A DNA stretch of 25,578 bases, from positions 1 through 25,578 of the IMG/VR virus record IMGVR_UViG_3300028906_000013. One strand, given 5' to 3'. The notes beneath the pieces are model-generated. The model was not told where the DNA came from, did not search any database, and worked only from the letters and a program-made list of their open reading frames with translations. Numbering within the stretch: position 1 is the stretch's first letter; the number at the start of each line of letters is the position of its first letter. This stretch comes from a virus (Duplodnaviria; Caudoviricetes). The translations under genes were made by a program, and so were the position numbers. Positions 23,777 through 25,578 of the stretch are shown here, one piece after another.

Positions 23777-23922
23777 GCCGCTCTCCTTTCGTTGAGGCGC
23801 TTCCGCTGACGCTCCGGGAGCTTGGCCTTCACCAGCAGAGTGGCAAGGTCGTGGGTGTTCGCCCTGGGCCAGCGGCGTCCCGCTTCGATGGCTTCGATTG
23901 CTGCCTCGACGGGGCCGGTCAT
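23773..23922 (-). CDS. Small hypothetical protein (49 aa)
   Basis: ATGA-coupled to the HD gene: MTGPVEAAIEAIEAGRRWPRANTHDLATLLVKAKLPERQRKRLNERRAA*. Confidence 0.5.
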   Translation of the reverse strand: MTGPVEAAIEAIEAGRRWPRANTHDLATLLVKAKLPERQRKRLNERRAA

Positions 23923-24416
23923 GCGGCCTCCAGGGTTGCTATTGCCTTCTCGTATCGGGCTTTGAGGGACCGCCAGTTCGGTTCGTAGGCAGCCATCGAA
24001 CCTTCACCGCCGCTGTCCTCTCGACCACCGCACTCGTTGTAAGGTCCCGGAGGGATCCTTGAGAGGTTGTCGCGCAAATCCGCCAGCTTGACCTCGCGGA
24101 TCTCGGCAACCCACGTCGAGGAATGGCCGTCTCGGATGCCCTGGATGTACTCGGCGTAAGTCTCCTTCGGTGAGCGCGTGAGGACTTCGACCGAGTTTTC
24201 GATCCACATGCCGTTCTCCTCGAACGTCTCTTCGAGCGACGGGACGACGACGGCATCCTCCATCACATCGTGCAGTGCAGCGAGCACCTTGGCGCGTTCG
24301 CCCTCGACCGCGTTGACGACTCGCAGCACGTGCAAGAGGTATGGCTCGCCCTGTTTGTCTCGCTGGTCGGCGTGAACCTTGATCGCAATCTGGAGGGCCG
24401 CTGCTAGATCGCTCAT
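23919..24416 (-). CDS. HD-domain phosphohydrolase, RelA/SpoT hydrolase (small alarmone hydrolase)-like
   Basis: H..Q.DK.G.PY..H..RV, AALHDVMED, LT, VKLADLRDN motifs. Confidence 0.85.
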   Translation of the reverse strand: MSDLAAALQIAIKVHADQRDKQGEPYLLHVLRVVNAVEGERAKVLAALHDVMEDAVVVPSLEETFEENGMWIENSVEVLTRSPKETYAEYIQGIRDGHSSTWVAEIREVKLADLRDNLSRIPPGPYNECGGREDSGGEGSMAAYEPNWRSLKARYEKAIATLEAA

Positions 24417-24724
24417 GCCGCACTCCTGGTCGTGGACTTACAAGCCGCGATGACTGACAGCCGCTGACGGTCTGTCAACTCCTCAACGCACTTCGCAGGA
24501 GATACCTGTAGACGGGTGCACGCATACTTCGCGGTAAGCCTTCCCCATCTCCGCTGTGCGGAGAGGAGCTGCAGGAGGGTCATCCGCTGGACACACTCCA
24601 AGGCGAGGGCCTCCTCGATGCTCATCGTCTGGTTGAAGACCCGGCGCTTCACCGCGGCTCTCTCCCCACGGACACGGTTTGCTTCCTCGAGCGCTGCTGA
24701 ACGCTGGGCTTCGCGGGCGGTCAT
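24413..24724 (-). CDS. Actinobacterial integration host factor (mIHF/sIHF)-like DNA-binding protein
   Basis: QRSAALEEANRVRGERAAVKRRV..M....LL....WG...A......L..SP.K....LTDRQR parallels mIHF (QRAAALEKA..ARRARAE.K..M.V..LL..LP.VGKVKA..I.P.RRL.GLG.RQR); ATGA-coupled start at 24724. Confidence 0.8.
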   Translation of the reverse strand: MTAREAQRSAALEEANRVRGERAAVKRRVFNQTMSIEEALALECVQRMTLLQLLSAQRRWGRLTAKYACTRLQVSPAKCVEELTDRQRLSVIAACKSTTRSAA

Positions 24725-24942
24725 CCCTCCGAGCTCCCCCACGATTCCGGCAGGGACGGGCCTACCTCAATGCACTTCTCGTGGAGTAGGAACTCGCAGG
24801 TGTGGATCATCAAAGAACGGTTTGGCTCAGGCACCTTCTCCCACGTCCTGGCGCTTGCCTCCCGTGTGCGATACCCGTAGCCAGGTGCAAGCAGCTCATA
24901 GACCTCGTGAAATCTCGCTGAGATGCGCTCCCCATCCGTCAT
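24721..24942 (-). CDS. Hypothetical phage protein (73 aa)
   Basis: ATGA-coupled; ARFHEVYELLAPGYGYRTREASA..WE.VPE.NR.LM. Confidence 0.7.
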   Translation of the reverse strand: MTDGERISARFHEVYELLAPGYGYRTREASARTWEKVPEPNRSLMIHTCEFLLHEKCIEVGPSLPESWGSSEG

Positions 24943-25226
24943 CCCTCTGCCCTCGGGTGGTCGGCCGGGAATCCGCTGGCGATTGAGTTGACGGTCTCGA
25001 CGCTCAATCCTGAGTGGCGACACACGTCGACCATGGGGAGTCCGGCGCGTACGGCTGCGGTGACGACAAGATCCCTCTCTTCTAGTTCTCTTTGGAGGTC
25101 TCGCGTGCTTCGCTCCACGCCCATGCGGACACGGATTAGATGCTCTGCTGCGAAGACTGGCTGGTCGCTCAGGAGCCCAGCGAACTGGTTAGCTGCGGGG
25201 CCTTGTGGGGTACCGGAAGCCATCAC
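24939..25226 (-). CDS. Small HTH protein
   Basis: RDLVVTAAVRAGLPMVDVCRHSGLSVETVNSI is a classical HTH. Confidence 0.65.
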   Translation of the reverse strand: MMASGTPQGPAANQFAGLLSDQPVFAAEHLIRVRMGVERSTRDLQRELEERDLVVTAAVRAGLPMVDVCRHSGLSVETVNSIASGFPADHPRAEG

Positions 25227-25578
25227 GCTGCCTTAGCCTTCTCCGGCAAACCGGTCTCAACCACATCGCCATACGCGACCACACCATCAAGCTCGCCACA
25301 TTCGACTGTTTTGACTTCCTGTTCAGTGGTATGCCAGATGCACAGGCCGGCAAACAGTCGCTTTGAGAACGACAGCTTGAGCTTGCACTTGATGCCCCAC
25401 CCGGCCTCGATGCCCCACCCGGCCTTGATGCCCGACCCGGCCTCGATGCCCGACCCGGCCTTGATGCCCGACCCGGCCTCGATGCCCTGCCCGGCCTCGA
25501 TGCCCTGCCCGGCCTCGATGCCCTGCCCGGCCTCGATGCCCCACCCGGCCTCGATGCCCTGCCCGGCCTCGATGCCCC
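25223..25578 (-). CDS. Hexapeptide-repeat protein GI(E/K)AG(W/Q/S), 5'-truncated by window edge
   Basis: Frame not in ORF track: (GIEAGQ/W/S)n-GIKCKLKLSFSKRLFAGLCIW...VAYGDVVETGLPEKAKAA*; stop overlaps the next GTG. Confidence 0.75.
   Translation of the reverse strand, partial: GIEAGQGIEAGWGIEAGQGIEAGQGIEAGQGIEAGSGIKAGSGIEAGSGIKAGWGIEAGWGIKCKLKLSFSKRLFAGLCIWHTTEQEVKTVECGELDGVVAYGDVVETGLPEKAKAA
25388..25578. repeat. 18-bp tandem repeat, 10 full copies plus a partial one
   Basis: Unit ctYgatgccNNNcccggc, with NNN = cca/cga/ctg. Confidence 0.95.

Larger units (their letters stand above)
1..25578 (-). mobile_element. Tailed (Caudoviricetes) phage/prophage segment: accessory genes, DNA packaging, head and neck modules
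   Basis: Co-oriented HNH-TerS-TerL-portal-protease-capsid-adaptor order, many ATGA/GTGA overlaps, no host housekeeping genes. No integrase or att site in the window, so prophage vs free phage cannot be decided. Confidence 0.97.

Noticed and set aside
25323-25544. ORF-track 73-aa GHRGRA repeat protein
   Set aside because: Alternative frame of the repeat; the GIEAGx frame continues into a globular C-terminus and couples to the next gene.
25388-25578. CRISPR array or DGR repeat
   Set aside because: Contiguous 18-bp units without spacers, in frame within a CDS; no cas or reverse transcriptase gene in the window.
1-25578. Genome-wide TGA recoding
   Set aside because: TGA ends many genes in ATGA/GTGA overlaps; only the portal shows an apparent internal TGA.

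Overview
GC-rich tailed-phage or prophage DNA, almost entirely coded on the minus strand, so it reads right to left. The right third (about 20.0-25.6 kb) holds small, translationally coupled accessory genes, including an mIHF-like nucleoid protein, an HD-domain (RelA/SpoT-hydrolase-like) protein, a tandem-HTH regulator and a hexapeptide-repeat protein. A dyad-rich regulatory region follows, then an HK97-type packaging and head module: HNH, terminase small subunit, an inserted homing HNH, terminase large subunit, a ~3 kb moron island, portal, prohead protease, two tandem HK97-fold capsid paralogs and a probable decoration protein. A block of fibre/depolymerase-like genes comes next, then a BppU-like/head-tail adaptor fusion and a virion morphogenesis gene. 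The host is probably an actinobacterium (inferred from mIHF, terminase style and apparent leaderless genes; possibly Thermoleophilia/Solirubrobacterales). Most notable: two divergent capsid genes, an unannotated 53-aa stand-alone copy of the portal clip region, an in-frame TGA in the portal N-terminus, appendage genes placed before the neck genes, and a HEPN-like antisense moron. All family calls come from motif recognition by eye; no searches were run.
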